Origin: an uncultured Clostridia bacterium
GTDB lineage: Bacteria; Bacillota; Clostridia; Christensenellales; UBA1242
Assembly (NCBI GenBank): GCA_947589025.1
Contig: CANQAY010000001.1
Coordinates: forward strand, 23,419-87,418
DNA length: 64,000 nucleotides
Reading direction: 5' to 3'
The notes below the pieces were generated by a model that did not search any database, was not told the origin of the DNA, and saw nothing but the letters and a program-made list of their open reading frames with translations. The translations under genes were made by a program, and so were the position numbers. How positions within the stretch are numbered: position 1 is the stretch's first letter; the number at the start of each line of letters is the position of its first letter. Shown one piece after another: positions 17,007 to 25,603 of the stretch.

Positions 17007-19322
17007 ATGCTAAAAATAGTGTTTAACAAACTGTTAATGATTGCTTATTTTGTTTTGGGCGCCCTTATTTTGGAATTGGTTACTTTCAATGTGTTAAATC
17101 TGGGCACGGCACCCAATTATTTTTGGCTTAACTTTGCAATTATTTTAATTATTGGCATGCTTGTTTATATTATTCCTAACTTTACAGCCCAATATATTGT
17201 TTATACTTTTATTTTATTAGTTCAAACAATTTTTATTTATGTAAATTACACTCTAAACACCATTTTTGATGGTTTCTTTTCATTTGATATGCTTGGCCAA
17301 GTTGCCGAAGCGGGCAACGCGTTTTCGTCGGATTATATTTATGTTTCTTTAATTTTGCAATTAGTTGCCGTGTTTTTGTCAATTGCAATTATTGGCGCAA
17401 TTTTGTTGCACAATGTTAAAAAAAATAAAATAAACTTAAAGCAACACTATTCTGTTTTTAGCGTTATTTTGTTAATTGGCATTCAGTGTTTTTCGTTAGG
17501 ATATTATTTTAACGAGCGCAATTACATTAATCACTTAATTGATGTTAATGACGAAAACTATGTGTTTAGTGATGCTTTTTGCATGAACACCAACTTTTTT
17601 AGAACTTTAAGTTATCAGCGCTTTGGCACTTATGGATATTTCCTTAATTCGTTTATTAACTCGTATATAAATCACTATGATGAAGAAATTATTAATGCTT
17701 CGCTTGATTATTTTAGCGACCCTAAAGCAATTTACACAAACAGCCCAGTTTATGGGGTGGATAATGGCAACAACGTTATTGTTTTTATGATGGAGTCGCT
17801 TGAATGGTTTGGCTTTGGAGATGGCAATTATGACCCTAGCCTAAGCAATTTATCGCCAGAATTAACGCCAAATATATATTCCATAATTTATGGCAACGAT
17901 TATGCATCTGACTTTAGCAATGCAAATGCGGATAACGATGCTTTAATTATGACCAACTTTTTTGCAAAATCAAAAACCAATATATCGGAGGGTTACGGCA
18001 TTTTGGGCAACTATCCGGTTGCACAAAGTGTATCTTCGTTAGTGTCCGATAAAAATGAAAATTACAAAACCACATTGGGCTACGCTTTGCCTAACGTGTT
18101 AAAAAAATTGGGTTACACCACCAATTATGTGCACTCTAACTTCATTTCATTTTATGATAGAAAATTTACACACAAATATTTTGGCTTTGACAATGTTATT
18201 GGCAAAGATTTAGTTAAAGACGAAAACGGCGCCTTAAGATACACAGGTGACGCACTAAATTGGAACAATTGGGCACCCGAACAAGATTATATTAATTACA
18301 CAATGAATTATGTTGTGCCAGAAACTGAAGAAAATAACCCATTTTACACTTTCTATTTAAATGTTTCTAGCCATGGGGAATACACTCCGGCAAGCAACAC
18401 AACCGATGGTGACGCTTTAAGATATTATGATTATTTAAAATATGGCAAGGATAATTGCGACATTGTTTTGCAAGATGGCAGCATTGTTAGCGAGCAACAG
18501 CTAAAACAAAAGCAACAACAGGCCTTGCAAGACACTGGCTACGCTGTTGTGCCTTATGTTTATAAATTAAAAACGGGCGTGGATGCTAAAAATGAGGAAA
18601 ACTATTCTAATTGGTATAAAAATATAATTGCGCAGGTTAATAAAAACGCCAATTTATCCGACGAGCGCAAAGCCAACCTTCGTGAAGAAATGATATACTA
18701 TCAATGCGGGGTGGAAGGCCTTGATGCCGCAATTGGCAGCGTTTTAAATGAGCTTGAAACAAGGGGATTATTGGATAGCACCACGCTTTTGTTTTATTCC
18801 GACCATTATAGTTATATGAATGACCTTTCGCCTGACTTTAAGGGTTTAAGCGAAACTGATGATTTAATTGAACTTAACACCATTCCGTTTATAATTTCAA
18901 GCCCGGGCTTAAAGAGGGAAGGATATAGCAGTTTGGAAATTGCTAAAGAAAAAGTTTATTCAAGGTTCTGCTCGGCTTATGATATTGTGCCAACAATATT
19001 CGATTTGCTTGGTGTGGAATTTAATCAAAACCTATATGTTGGGCGCTCTTTGTTTGCCCCGGCTGACTATATTTACACAATTACTAATGCCGATGGCAAG
19101 GAAGAAACACGGGAAATGATTATATATTATTCCAACCTAGATAATAGGCTGTATAATAAGGATGTTTACACCACAAATATGAGCAAATATTATGTAACTG
19201 ACGAACAAAAACGAGATCAACTTGTAACTTTATTTAATTCGGAAGCGGCACATCTAATGCGAAAACTTTATTATTTGCAAATATTAAACAACACACATAT
19301 ATATAATAAACTTGCAAATTAA
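17007..19322 (+). CDS. LTA synthase family protein (membrane sulfatase / phosphoglycerol transferase type)
   Basis: It has about five N-terminal TM helices followed by an extracellular sulfatase-like domain (NVIVFMMESLEWFGFG, HSNFISFYDR, SSHGEY, FYSDH). The start is moved to ATG 17007 (MLKIVFNKLL) because 16971 coincides with the promoter -35. Confidence 0.8.
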   Translation: MLKIVFNKLLMIAYFVLGALILELVTFNVLNLGTAPNYFWLNFAIILIIGMLVYIIPNFTAQYIVYTFILLVQTIFIYVNYTLNTIFDGFFSFDMLGQVAEAGNAFSSDYIYVSLILQLVAVFLSIAIIGAILLHNVKKNKINLKQHYSVFSVILLIGIQCFSLGYYFNERNYINHLIDVNDENYVFSDAFCMNTNFFRTLSYQRFGTYGYFLNSFINSYINHYDEEIINASLDYFSDPKAIYTNSPVYGVDNGNNVIVFMMESLEWFGFGDGNYDPSLSNLSPELTPNIYSIIYGNDYASDFSNANADNDALIMTNFFAKSKTNISEGYGILGNYPVAQSVSSLVSDKNENYKTTLGYALPNVLKKLGYTTNYVHSNFISFYDRKFTHKYFGFDNVIGKDLVKDENGALRYTGDALNWNNWAPEQDYINYTMNYVVPETEENNPFYTFYLNVSSHGEYTPASNTTDGDALRYYDYLKYGKDNCDIVLQDGSIVSEQQLKQKQQQALQDTGYAVVPYVYKLKTGVDAKNEENYSNWYKNIIAQVNKNANLSDERKANLREEMIYYQCGVEGLDAAIGSVLNELETRGLLDSTTLLFYSDHYSYMNDLSPDFKGLSETDDLIELNTIPFIISSPGLKREGYSSLEIAKEKVYSRFCSAYDIVPTIFDLLGVEFNQNLYVGRSLFAPADYIYTITNADGKEETREMIIYYSNLDNRLYNKDVYTTNMSKYYVTDEQKRDQLVTLFNSEAAHLMRKLYYLQILNNTHIYNKLAN

Positions 19323-19341
19323 AAAAATTTTTTAAAAACTG

Positions 19342-19370
19342 TTGACAACGCTAAAAAAATATAATATAAT
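19342..19370 (+). promoter_or_regulatory. Promoter of tRNA-Asn
   Basis: TTGACA at 19342-19347, a 17-nt spacer, and TATAAT at 19365-19370, about 19 nt upstream of the tRNA 5' end. Confidence 0.55.
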
Positions 19371-19388
19371 AAACACGTTGTCAAAAAT

Positions 19389-19463
19389 GCCTCGATAGCT
19401 CAATGGTGGAGCACTCGGCTGTTAACCGATAGGTTGTAGGTTCGAGCCCTACTCGGGGCGCCA
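19389..19463 (+). tRNA. tRNA-Asn (anticodon GTT), CCA encoded
   Basis: The cloverleaf was folded by hand. Acceptor GCCTCGA/TCGGGGC, anticodon loop CTGTTAA, T-arm GTAGG-TTCGAGC-CCTAC, discriminator G, then CCA. Confidence 0.95.
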
Positions 19464-19733
19464 AAACTCCACGGCCTTGCCGTGGTTTTTTGTTTGCCCA
19501 AGAGTGTGGCGAGAACCAAAATATCTTGCTGGGAAAGAACTTTTACAGCAAGAGAAGGAGGGAGCGAGCAAAGGCACAAATTGCGATAAGCAATTTGACA
19601 AAGGCGAGACTACCGACGCGGAGCCCTACTCGGGGCGCCAAAACTCCACGGCCTTGCCGTGGTTTTTTGTTTGCCCAAGAGTGTGGCGAGAACCAAAATA
19701 TCTTGCTGGAAAGACTTTTACAGCAAGAGAAGG
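19444..19733 (+). repeat. Tandem direct repeat of about 113 bp (period 177 bp) that duplicates the last 20 nt of tRNA-Asn, its terminator and about 70 bp of downstream flank
   Basis: Copy 1 starts at 19444 and copy 2 at 19621. The first ~90 nt are identical (GAGCCCTACTCGGGGCGCCAAAACTCCACGGCCTTGCCGTGGTTTTTTGTTTGCCCAAGAGTGTGGCGAGAACCAAAATATCTTGCTGG). The copies then diverge by small indels. Confidence 0.9.
19469..19491 (+). terminator. Rho-independent terminator after tRNA-Asn (duplicated at 19646-19668)
   Basis: CCACGGC-CTT-GCCGTGG followed by TTTTTT. Confidence 0.8.
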
Positions 19734-19819
19734 GCCCCAAAATAACAAATTGTAAAAAAGTATGTTTATGTATTGATTTTTAATTTAAATTATGTTATAA
19801 TTTAATTATGAGGTGAAAA

Positions 19820-22800
19820 ATGGCTGTAAAGACATTAGGAAAATATAATCAATTAACTAAAGAACAACTTGCTGCCGCTAAATTTGAAGATTTAGGCGTT
19901 GTTGTTGAAGGCGACTTTTATCTTCTTAAAGACTTGACCATATATTCAGATGATGGCAACAAGCATATTCAATCACTTAAACAGTTTTTGAATGCAATAA
20001 AAAACAAAAAATATCTAGATAATAAGGATGCGACGCATATTCAAGATAAGATAACAAAAGATGCCAGCGGTAATATCATATTTTATTCACAAAAATTCAA
20101 TTTTGAAGTTTCTGGCAGCCTAATTTCAGATAAATTTTCCCCTGAAGACGATAAGTCGTCTATTGCTCCGGGTTTAAAACGTGCGCTTAAATATGAGCAA
20201 GCGGCGGATGGGCAATATGTTTATGTGCAACTTAAAGGTTTGGATGCGCCAGAGCTTGTGCCTATTAAAGAAATTGGCTATTATGTGGGCAGCAAATTTA
20301 CAACCTGCAAAACATTGGAAGATGTTAAAAATAATACTGACAAAAACTTATTTTTAAGTGGCAAATATAACAACGCCACAGTTAGCGGTGTTTATTTAGA
20401 AGCATATAAGTTTACTGAAATTATAAAGGGTGCCGATGGCAAACCATTGGTGGAAAGTTATTTAACTACAGAAAAGAAAAAGTTAGACCTAGTTTTAAAA
20501 AATGGCACAATAGCAACTGAAGAAAAATCTCTTGCCGACTATAATGTGGCTAGTTATGTTAAAACTGGGGATAAAAGCAGCGTTGCAGTTAAATCTTACA
20601 TGGTTAACACAACTGAAAAGGGTGGCAGTTTTGTAAGGCTTAAATTGCAAGATGAATCTAAAGAAATTATGGTGCCAATTGTATCATTAAGAAAGGTTGA
20701 CAAAGCAGGCAAGCCGTTGGAAGAAGGCATAAAGTTTAAAGACCTTTCAAAATATATTGGCCAAGAAATTGCCGTAAGCATGCAAGATGGCAAATCTGTT
20801 AAAACCAACGCTCTCACACCAGAACAAGCATATGTTTCTTACGATTTAACCATGCACAAACAGCAAACAACTGACAAAGCAGATGTGCTTAAAGACAACA
20901 CTCACTTGCTTTTGGCTAACGGCCAATTTGTTAAAGAAAAGGAAGCTGTTAAGCCAATTTCATACGAATTTGTAAATGACAGTGACGACGATTTTGATGT
21001 TTACATTGTTACTGTAAAATCCAGTTCGGGCGAAAGAGAAGTGGTTGTGGATAAAAGCCTTTTCTTAACTAGACAAAAAGCGGATATCATTTTAAATAAA
21101 GAAGTTGTGTCGGTTAGTGAAGAAAATTCAATTAAAGCTAAAAGATGCGCATACGCACAGGCAGATGCCGTTCAAACCACAAGCAAAGGGGCTAGGGCGG
21201 AACAATGCACCCTTTTGGCAGACAAAAAAAGCCGCGTGAAAAAGAAAAAGGCAGAAAGGGAAGAACTGCTAAACAGTTTGCTTGATGAATTTTTGGCAAA
21301 ATATAAAAATGGCGATTATGCGCTGGATAAATATGTTGATGTTGAAAACGAACTTAAAGAACTTGCAAAATCTAGGCCAGAGCAGTGCAGATATGTTGTG
21401 CAAGATTTTATCTCTCAGCCGGACTATGGCAACAAGTTAAACGAATATGCATTCTTAAAGTCCACAACACTAAGTTGGAACGGAAACAAACTTGTTGGCG
21501 GGCCACAGTATAACGCAATGAAGGCGTATACTAAAGATATTACCACAATTGCAAAAGTATTTTTGCATGTTTTGGTGTTTTCAGTTGGTTGGGGCGGCAT
21601 TTTGTCCGCTGCAATATCTCCATTTATCGTCATTGGCATGTTGTCCGCAGTTGCGGGCGCAATTCCAGCCATGGCAATATTTAGAGCAATTAAAAACGCT
21701 TGGATTGAACGCAAAAATCACGCATTTAAATATAAAGATAAACTTGCCGAACAGCGCAAAGGCGTTAAAAAAGAAATTTTTGAAGAATTAAAACAAATTA
21801 TTGCCGATACAGCAGATAATGAAAATCTTACCACGGCAGTAAAGAAGGATGATAAAACTGCTGCGGACCAAAAACTGATTGAGCAGTGCAAAGCTAAATT
21901 TTTAAATAAATTTGATGAGCTTGAAGCTAGGGCAGCAACCCTTTCCGCAACAGACACAATGTCCGAGTTCCGCATGGTTGATGGCCAAGGCAAAGTTGAT
22001 GACACCAACGCCCATTTGTTCTATCAATATCATGTGGAGATGGAAGAACTTGAAAAACGCGTTAAATACCTTGAAAAACGCAAAGGCAAATTAACTGATG
22101 AAGAAAAAATAGAGCTTGAAAATTCCAGCCAAGAGTTGGAAAGGCGCAAGAAAAACGATGTTGTTGTAGGCCCTACCGTTCCTGAAGATAGTGAATATAA
22201 AAAGATAACCGAACTTTTGGCACAAGTTAAAGGCACAATTTTGGCAAAATATTTTGGCGAAACACCAACTAACAACGCTGAGGCTGAGTTAACTGATGAA
22301 CAAAAAGCAGTGTTAGAGGCATTAAAAGATGCTGAAATTGAAGTAAACGCTCGCAAACACAATGTTAAGTTTTCAACAAAACAAAAAGTAGCAGCATTGG
22401 GTGATAAGAGTTTGGAAGAGGCAATATCCGAAATTATTGCACCTATTGGCAAGCAAGCCCCAGAAGTGTTTGTTGTTGGAGGTGAACCTCTAAAACCTAC
22501 GCGTAAAACACCGTCACCACCAAAATCTCCAACAGAACAACAAAAAAGGAACGAGGAATTGAAAGCCATGACTAATGACCAAATTGAATACATTATTAAA
22601 AAAGTTGCTAAGGCAATGGAAAAATTAAGAGAAATTGGCTCGGGCGTTGGCGCATATGGCAAAAACGATTTGTCTGAAGCGGAAGAAAGTAAAGCAGAAC
22701 AACTTAAAAAAGTGTATGAGGATAACAAATATGTTTTAAAATATTTGGTTGACCATCAAGATTATGTTCAATACAGTGCTTTATATAAGAGATACGCCGC

Positions 22801-22876
22801 AACGATAAATACAATAGGGCTAACTTATAATGAATTTAGAACAGTTGTAGAAAATGCTAGCAGTAGGAGATTATAA
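19820..22876 (+). CDS. Hypothetical 1,018-aa protein: N-terminal repeated beta-rich modules, central TM hairpin, C-terminal coiled coil
   Basis: RBS gaggtg, preceded by an extended -10 (TGTTATAAT). The central hydrophobic stretch is VFLHVLVFSVGWGGILSAAISPFIVIGMLSAVAGAIPAMAIFRAI. The C-terminal half is Lys/Glu-rich and heptad-like. I recognise no family. Confidence 0.85.
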   Translation: MAVKTLGKYNQLTKEQLAAAKFEDLGVVVEGDFYLLKDLTIYSDDGNKHIQSLKQFLNAIKNKKYLDNKDATHIQDKITKDASGNIIFYSQKFNFEVSGSLISDKFSPEDDKSSIAPGLKRALKYEQAADGQYVYVQLKGLDAPELVPIKEIGYYVGSKFTTCKTLEDVKNNTDKNLFLSGKYNNATVSGVYLEAYKFTEIIKGADGKPLVESYLTTEKKKLDLVLKNGTIATEEKSLADYNVASYVKTGDKSSVAVKSYMVNTTEKGGSFVRLKLQDESKEIMVPIVSLRKVDKAGKPLEEGIKFKDLSKYIGQEIAVSMQDGKSVKTNALTPEQAYVSYDLTMHKQQTTDKADVLKDNTHLLLANGQFVKEKEAVKPISYEFVNDSDDDFDVYIVTVKSSSGEREVVVDKSLFLTRQKADIILNKEVVSVSEENSIKAKRCAYAQADAVQTTSKGARAEQCTLLADKKSRVKKKKAEREELLNSLLDEFLAKYKNGDYALDKYVDVENELKELAKSRPEQCRYVVQDFISQPDYGNKLNEYAFLKSTTLSWNGNKLVGGPQYNAMKAYTKDITTIAKVFLHVLVFSVGWGGILSAAISPFIVIGMLSAVAGAIPAMAIFRAIKNAWIERKNHAFKYKDKLAEQRKGVKKEIFEELKQIIADTADNENLTTAVKKDDKTAADQKLIEQCKAKFLNKFDELEARAATLSATDTMSEFRMVDGQGKVDDTNAHLFYQYHVEMEELEKRVKYLEKRKGKLTDEEKIELENSSQELERRKKNDVVVGPTVPEDSEYKKITELLAQVKGTILAKYFGETPTNNAEAELTDEQKAVLEALKDAEIEVNARKHNVKFSTKQKVAALGDKSLEEAISEIIAPIGKQAPEVFVVGGEPLKPTRKTPSPPKSPTEQQKRNEELKAMTNDQIEYIIKKVAKAMEKLREIGSGVGAYGKNDLSEAEESKAEQLKKVYEDNKYVLKYLVDHQDYVQYSALYKRYAATINTIGLTYNEFRTVVENASSRRL

Positions 22877-23002
22877 AGGTAAGGTTGGCAACTTACTTTC
22901 AACTTAATATGTTTTAAGAGTGGGTAATTTACCAATAAGGGTGGAACCGCGGTTATTAAAAAATCGTCCCTTTGCTGTGTTTTTGCACAGCAAGGGCTTT
23001 TT
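22785..23002 (+). promoter_or_regulatory. Glycine-specific T-box leader (riboswitch) with intrinsic terminator
   Basis: AGAGA at 22788-22792 and a GGC specifier followed by A at 22887-22890. A short stem III (GGTA/TACC) lies at 22923-22933. The T-box sequence AAGGGTGGAACCGCGG lies at 22937-22952, with a UGGA bulge that matches the UCCA end of tRNA-Gly. The terminator CCCTTTGCTGTG/GCACAGCAAGGG plus T-run lies at 22968-23002, and its CCCTT can alternatively pair with the T-box AAGGG to form the antiterminator. The 5' boundary is uncertain. Confidence 0.7.
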
Positions 23003-23075
23003 ATGTTATTCAAGGGGCATTTTAAGTTGCTTCCACAAAAAAATTTTTGTTTTGAACGATGGGAACTTCTTACCA

Positions 23076-23447
23076 TGTCATTGCGAGGGCTGTGCCCGTG
23101 GCAATCTCAGAGATTCCCACGCTCACTTCGTTCGCTCGGAATGACATGACACATGTGTCCTTAATAATATAAAAGGGTAAATTCCTCGGTTACGCCCGGA
23201 ATGACATATAGGGGAGAGATTCTTCGGTTACGCCCGGAATGACATATAAGGGAGAGATTCTTCGGTTACGCCCGGAATGACATATAAGGTTGAGATTCCT
23301 CGACTACGCTCGGAATGACATATTTGTCCCCCGACAAAACAATTTTTGTTCTTCGTTCGCTCAGAATAACAGATTTCAACAATTTGTTTTTAACAAGCGG
23401 AAAACTCTTCCTCTGTCATTGCGAGGGCTGTGCTCGCGGCAATCTCA
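23076..23447. repeat. Cluster of REP-like palindromic 34-mers and a tandem array of a ~39-bp unit
   Basis: The 34-mer TGTCATTGCGAGGGCTGTGC(C/T)CG(T/C)GGCAATCTCA occurs at 23076-23109 and 23414-23447, with internal hairpin ATTGC-GA-GGGC-TGT-GCCC-GTG-GCAAT. Units of GAGATTC(T/C)TCGGTTACGCCCGGAATGACATATA start at about 23110, 23178, 23214, 23253 and 23290, and a decayed unit lies near 23345. Confidence 0.85.
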
Positions 23448-23456
23448 AACAAAAAA

Positions 23457-23485
23457 TTGTAAAAAATAAAAATTTATGCTATAAT
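23457..23485 (+). promoter_or_regulatory. Candidate glyQS-proximal promoter with extended -10
   Basis: TTGTAA at 23457-23462, a 17-nt spacer, then TGcTATAAT (TATAAT at 23480-23485). RBS aaggag and ATG 23504 follow. Confidence 0.5.
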
Positions 23486-23503
23486 AAAAAAAGGAGTAAT
23501 TAT

Positions 23504-24868
23504 ATGGGAAATTTTGATAAAATTGTAAATTTATGCAAAAATAGAGGCATAATTTTTCAGGGCAGCGATATTTATGATGGCCTTGCCAACACATGGGATT
23601 ATGGCCCGGTTGGCGTGGAATTAAAAAACAACATTAAGCGCACTTGGTGGAAAAAGTTTGTGCAGGAAAGCGCAAATTCTTTTGGTGTGGATGCGGATAT
23701 TTTAATGCACCCAAAAGTGTGGGAGGCAAGCGGCCATGTTGAAGGGTTTAACGACCCTAAAATTGATTGCAAAAACTGCAAAACCCGTTATGGTGCAGAC
23801 CATTTAATTGAAGATTTTAGCAAGGATAAGGTTAATGCCGACATTATGTCTTTTGCAGAAATGGAACAGTACATTGCCGAACATAAAGTGCCCTGCCCTA
23901 AATGTGGAAAATCTAACTGGACAAATATAAAAACTTTTAATATGATGTTTTCAACTTCGCGTGGCTTAACGGACGAAAACCAAAATTTAATTTATCTTCG
24001 TCCAGAAACTGCGCAAGGTGAGTTCGTAAACTTTTTAAATGTTCAACGCAGTATGCGCGCAAAACTGCCTTTTGGCATTGCGCAAATTGGTAAAGCATTT
24101 AGAAACGAAGTTACGCCGGGCAATTTTACTTTCCGCACAATAGAGTTTGAACAAATGGAACACCAGTGGTTTTGCAAGCCAGAAGATAGCATGAATTTTT
24201 ATGAAGAATTTAAACAAAAAGCGGTTGATTATTTAGTTTCTATTGGTTTTAAACGTGAAAATTTGCGTTATCATGACCACGATAAACTTGCATTTTATGC
24301 TAAAGCTGCATGTGACGTTTATTATAACTTTCCAATAGGTTGGAAAGAATTAAATGGCGTTCATCATAGGGGAGATTGGGATTTATCTCGCCACCAAGAA
24401 TTTAGCGGCAAATCTATGATTTATACCGACCCATTTACAAACGAAAAATATATTCCTAATGTTATTGAATATTCAATTGGTGCGGATAGGCTAACTTTGG
24501 CAGTTTTGTGTGAAGCGTATGACGAGGAAAAACTTCCAGATGGTGACACTCGCGTTGTGTTGCACTTCCACCCAGCAATTGCGCCATATAAGGTTGCCAT
24601 TTTGCCACTGCAAAAGAATTTGGGCGACAAGGCGCGTGAAGTTTACAACGCGCTTGCCAAAAACTTTATGGTAACATATGACGATGCCGGCAGCATTGGC
24701 AAACGCTATCGTCGTCAGGACGAAATTGGCACCCCAATGTGCATAACCATTGATTTCGATACGCTTAATGATAACACCGTTACAATCCGTGACCGCGACA
24801 CAATGGAGCAAATTCGCCTAAACATTAACGGACTTAAAGACTATATTTCTAAGAAAATAGAATATTAA
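23504..24868 (+). CDS. glyQS: Glycine--tRNA ligase (dimeric class II GlyQS)
   Basis: 454 aa starting MGNFDKIVNLCKNRGIIFQGSDIYDGLANTWDYGP, with RPETAQG and FRNE class II motifs. The start is set at ATG 23504 (RBS aaggag). The track's upstream extension to 23315 reads through repeat DNA. Confidence 0.93.
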   Translation: MGNFDKIVNLCKNRGIIFQGSDIYDGLANTWDYGPVGVELKNNIKRTWWKKFVQESANSFGVDADILMHPKVWEASGHVEGFNDPKIDCKNCKTRYGADHLIEDFSKDKVNADIMSFAEMEQYIAEHKVPCPKCGKSNWTNIKTFNMMFSTSRGLTDENQNLIYLRPETAQGEFVNFLNVQRSMRAKLPFGIAQIGKAFRNEVTPGNFTFRTIEFEQMEHQWFCKPEDSMNFYEEFKQKAVDYLVSIGFKRENLRYHDHDKLAFYAKAACDVYYNFPIGWKELNGVHHRGDWDLSRHQEFSGKSMIYTDPFTNEKYIPNVIEYSIGADRLTLAVLCEAYDEEKLPDGDTRVVLHFHPAIAPYKVAILPLQKNLGDKAREVYNALAKNFMVTYDDAGSIGKRYRRQDEIGTPMCITIDFDTLNDNTVTIRDRDTMEQIRLNINGLKDYISKKIEY

Positions 24869-24910
24869 GTGGCGGTTGCCACTTTATTTTTTATTATTTT
24901 TTTATAAAAA

Positions 24911-24944
24911 TGTCATTGCGAGGGCTTTGCCCGTGGCAATCTCA
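24911..24944 (+). repeat. Third copy of the REP-like 34-mer, just downstream of glyQS
   Basis: TGTCATTGCGAGGGCTTTGCCCGTGGCAATCTCA, in the same orientation as the copies at 23076 and 23414. Confidence 0.8.
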
Positions 24945-24976
24945 ACCTTATCAAAAAATCCACTAAAAGTGGATTT

Positions 24977-25420
24977 TTATTTAATGTTAACACTGGCAAT
25001 AATGTCGGTGGCAACTTCTTTAATAAATTGCACTGTAATTTTATATTGCCCGGCGGCTTTTATGGTTGGAAAATCTTTAATCATATTTTTTTCAACCTTC
25101 AAGCCATCGTTATTTAGGGCGGTTAAAATATCCTGTTTTGTAACTGAGCCAAACGCCTTGCCGTTTGCACCAACGTTAAGCGTAAAATTGTAAACCTTAT
25201 TTTTAATTTTGTTGGCAATTGCTTGATACTCTTTAACCATTTCACCATGGTGGAACGCCTGTGCGTCCATCTTGCCTTTATGGTCGTTTAAATTGCTGGC
25301 GGTTGCTTCCACCGCAATGCCTTGTTTAATTAGCACATTGTAGGCGTAGTTTGGGTTAACTTCAATAATATCCCCAGCCTTGCCTTTGCCTTTAAGCTCT
25401 TTTTTTAAAATAACCTTCAT
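24977..25420 (-). CDS. rplI: 50S ribosomal protein L9
   Basis: 147 aa from the internal Met (MKVILKKELKGKGKAGDIIEVNPNYAYNVLIKQGIAVEAT), which matches the L9 N-terminal domain. RBS aaaggaaaa. The longer track ORF adds 17 unsupported residues. Confidence 0.9.
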   Translation of the reverse strand: MKVILKKELKGKGKAGDIIEVNPNYAYNVLIKQGIAVEATASNLNDHKGKMDAQAFHHGEMVKEYQAIANKIKNKVYNFTLNVGANGKAFGSVTKQDILTALNNDGLKVEKNMIKDFPTIKAAGQYKITVQFIKEVATDIIASVNIK

Positions 25421-25603
25421 AAATTTTCCTTTTATAAATGTTATTTTAACATAAAAAAAGTAATTTGTCAAATTTTTAGCATTAATTAAACATAATTGAA
25501 GTTTTAATTTTTTGTTTACAAATTAAAAAATTTTTGCTAAAATTAAATTAGAACGGCAAATTTAATAAAAAATCAATTAAATTTTCAATTTTAGGGAGAA
25601 ATT

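Noticed and set aside
19477-19783. Three track ORFs (92, 97 and 65 aa) downstream of tRNA-Asn.
   Set aside because: They read through the duplicated tRNA 3' end and terminator hairpins, giving repeated peptide segments such as PWFFVCPRVWREPKYLAGK twice. They have no RBS and overlap one another in different frames, so they are artefacts of the repeat.
20215-20275. YVYVQLKGLDAPELVP in the 1,018-aa protein resembles the staphylococcal-nuclease motif (V/I)RL.GIDAPE.
   Set aside because: The other SNase catalytic elements (the downstream Arg and the D.YGR motif) are absent. The same segment recurs as a diverged structural repeat twice more without the DAPE, so it is most likely a coincidental match within a beta-module.
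23110-23360. The ~39-bp tandem units looked at first like a small CRISPR array.
   Set aside because: The units are contiguous, with only a few bp between them and no unique spacers of comparable length. They are diverged from each other. No cas genes or leader are present. This is a tandem repeat, not a CRISPR.
22920-25193. Track ORFs 22920-23144, the 5' extension of glyQS (23315-23503) and 24876-25193, which encode CHCEGCARGNL-type peptides.
   Set aside because: Each is a translation of the REP-like 34-mer, the T-box terminator or the antisense of rplI. None has an RBS. glyQS has a clear RBS and start at 23504.
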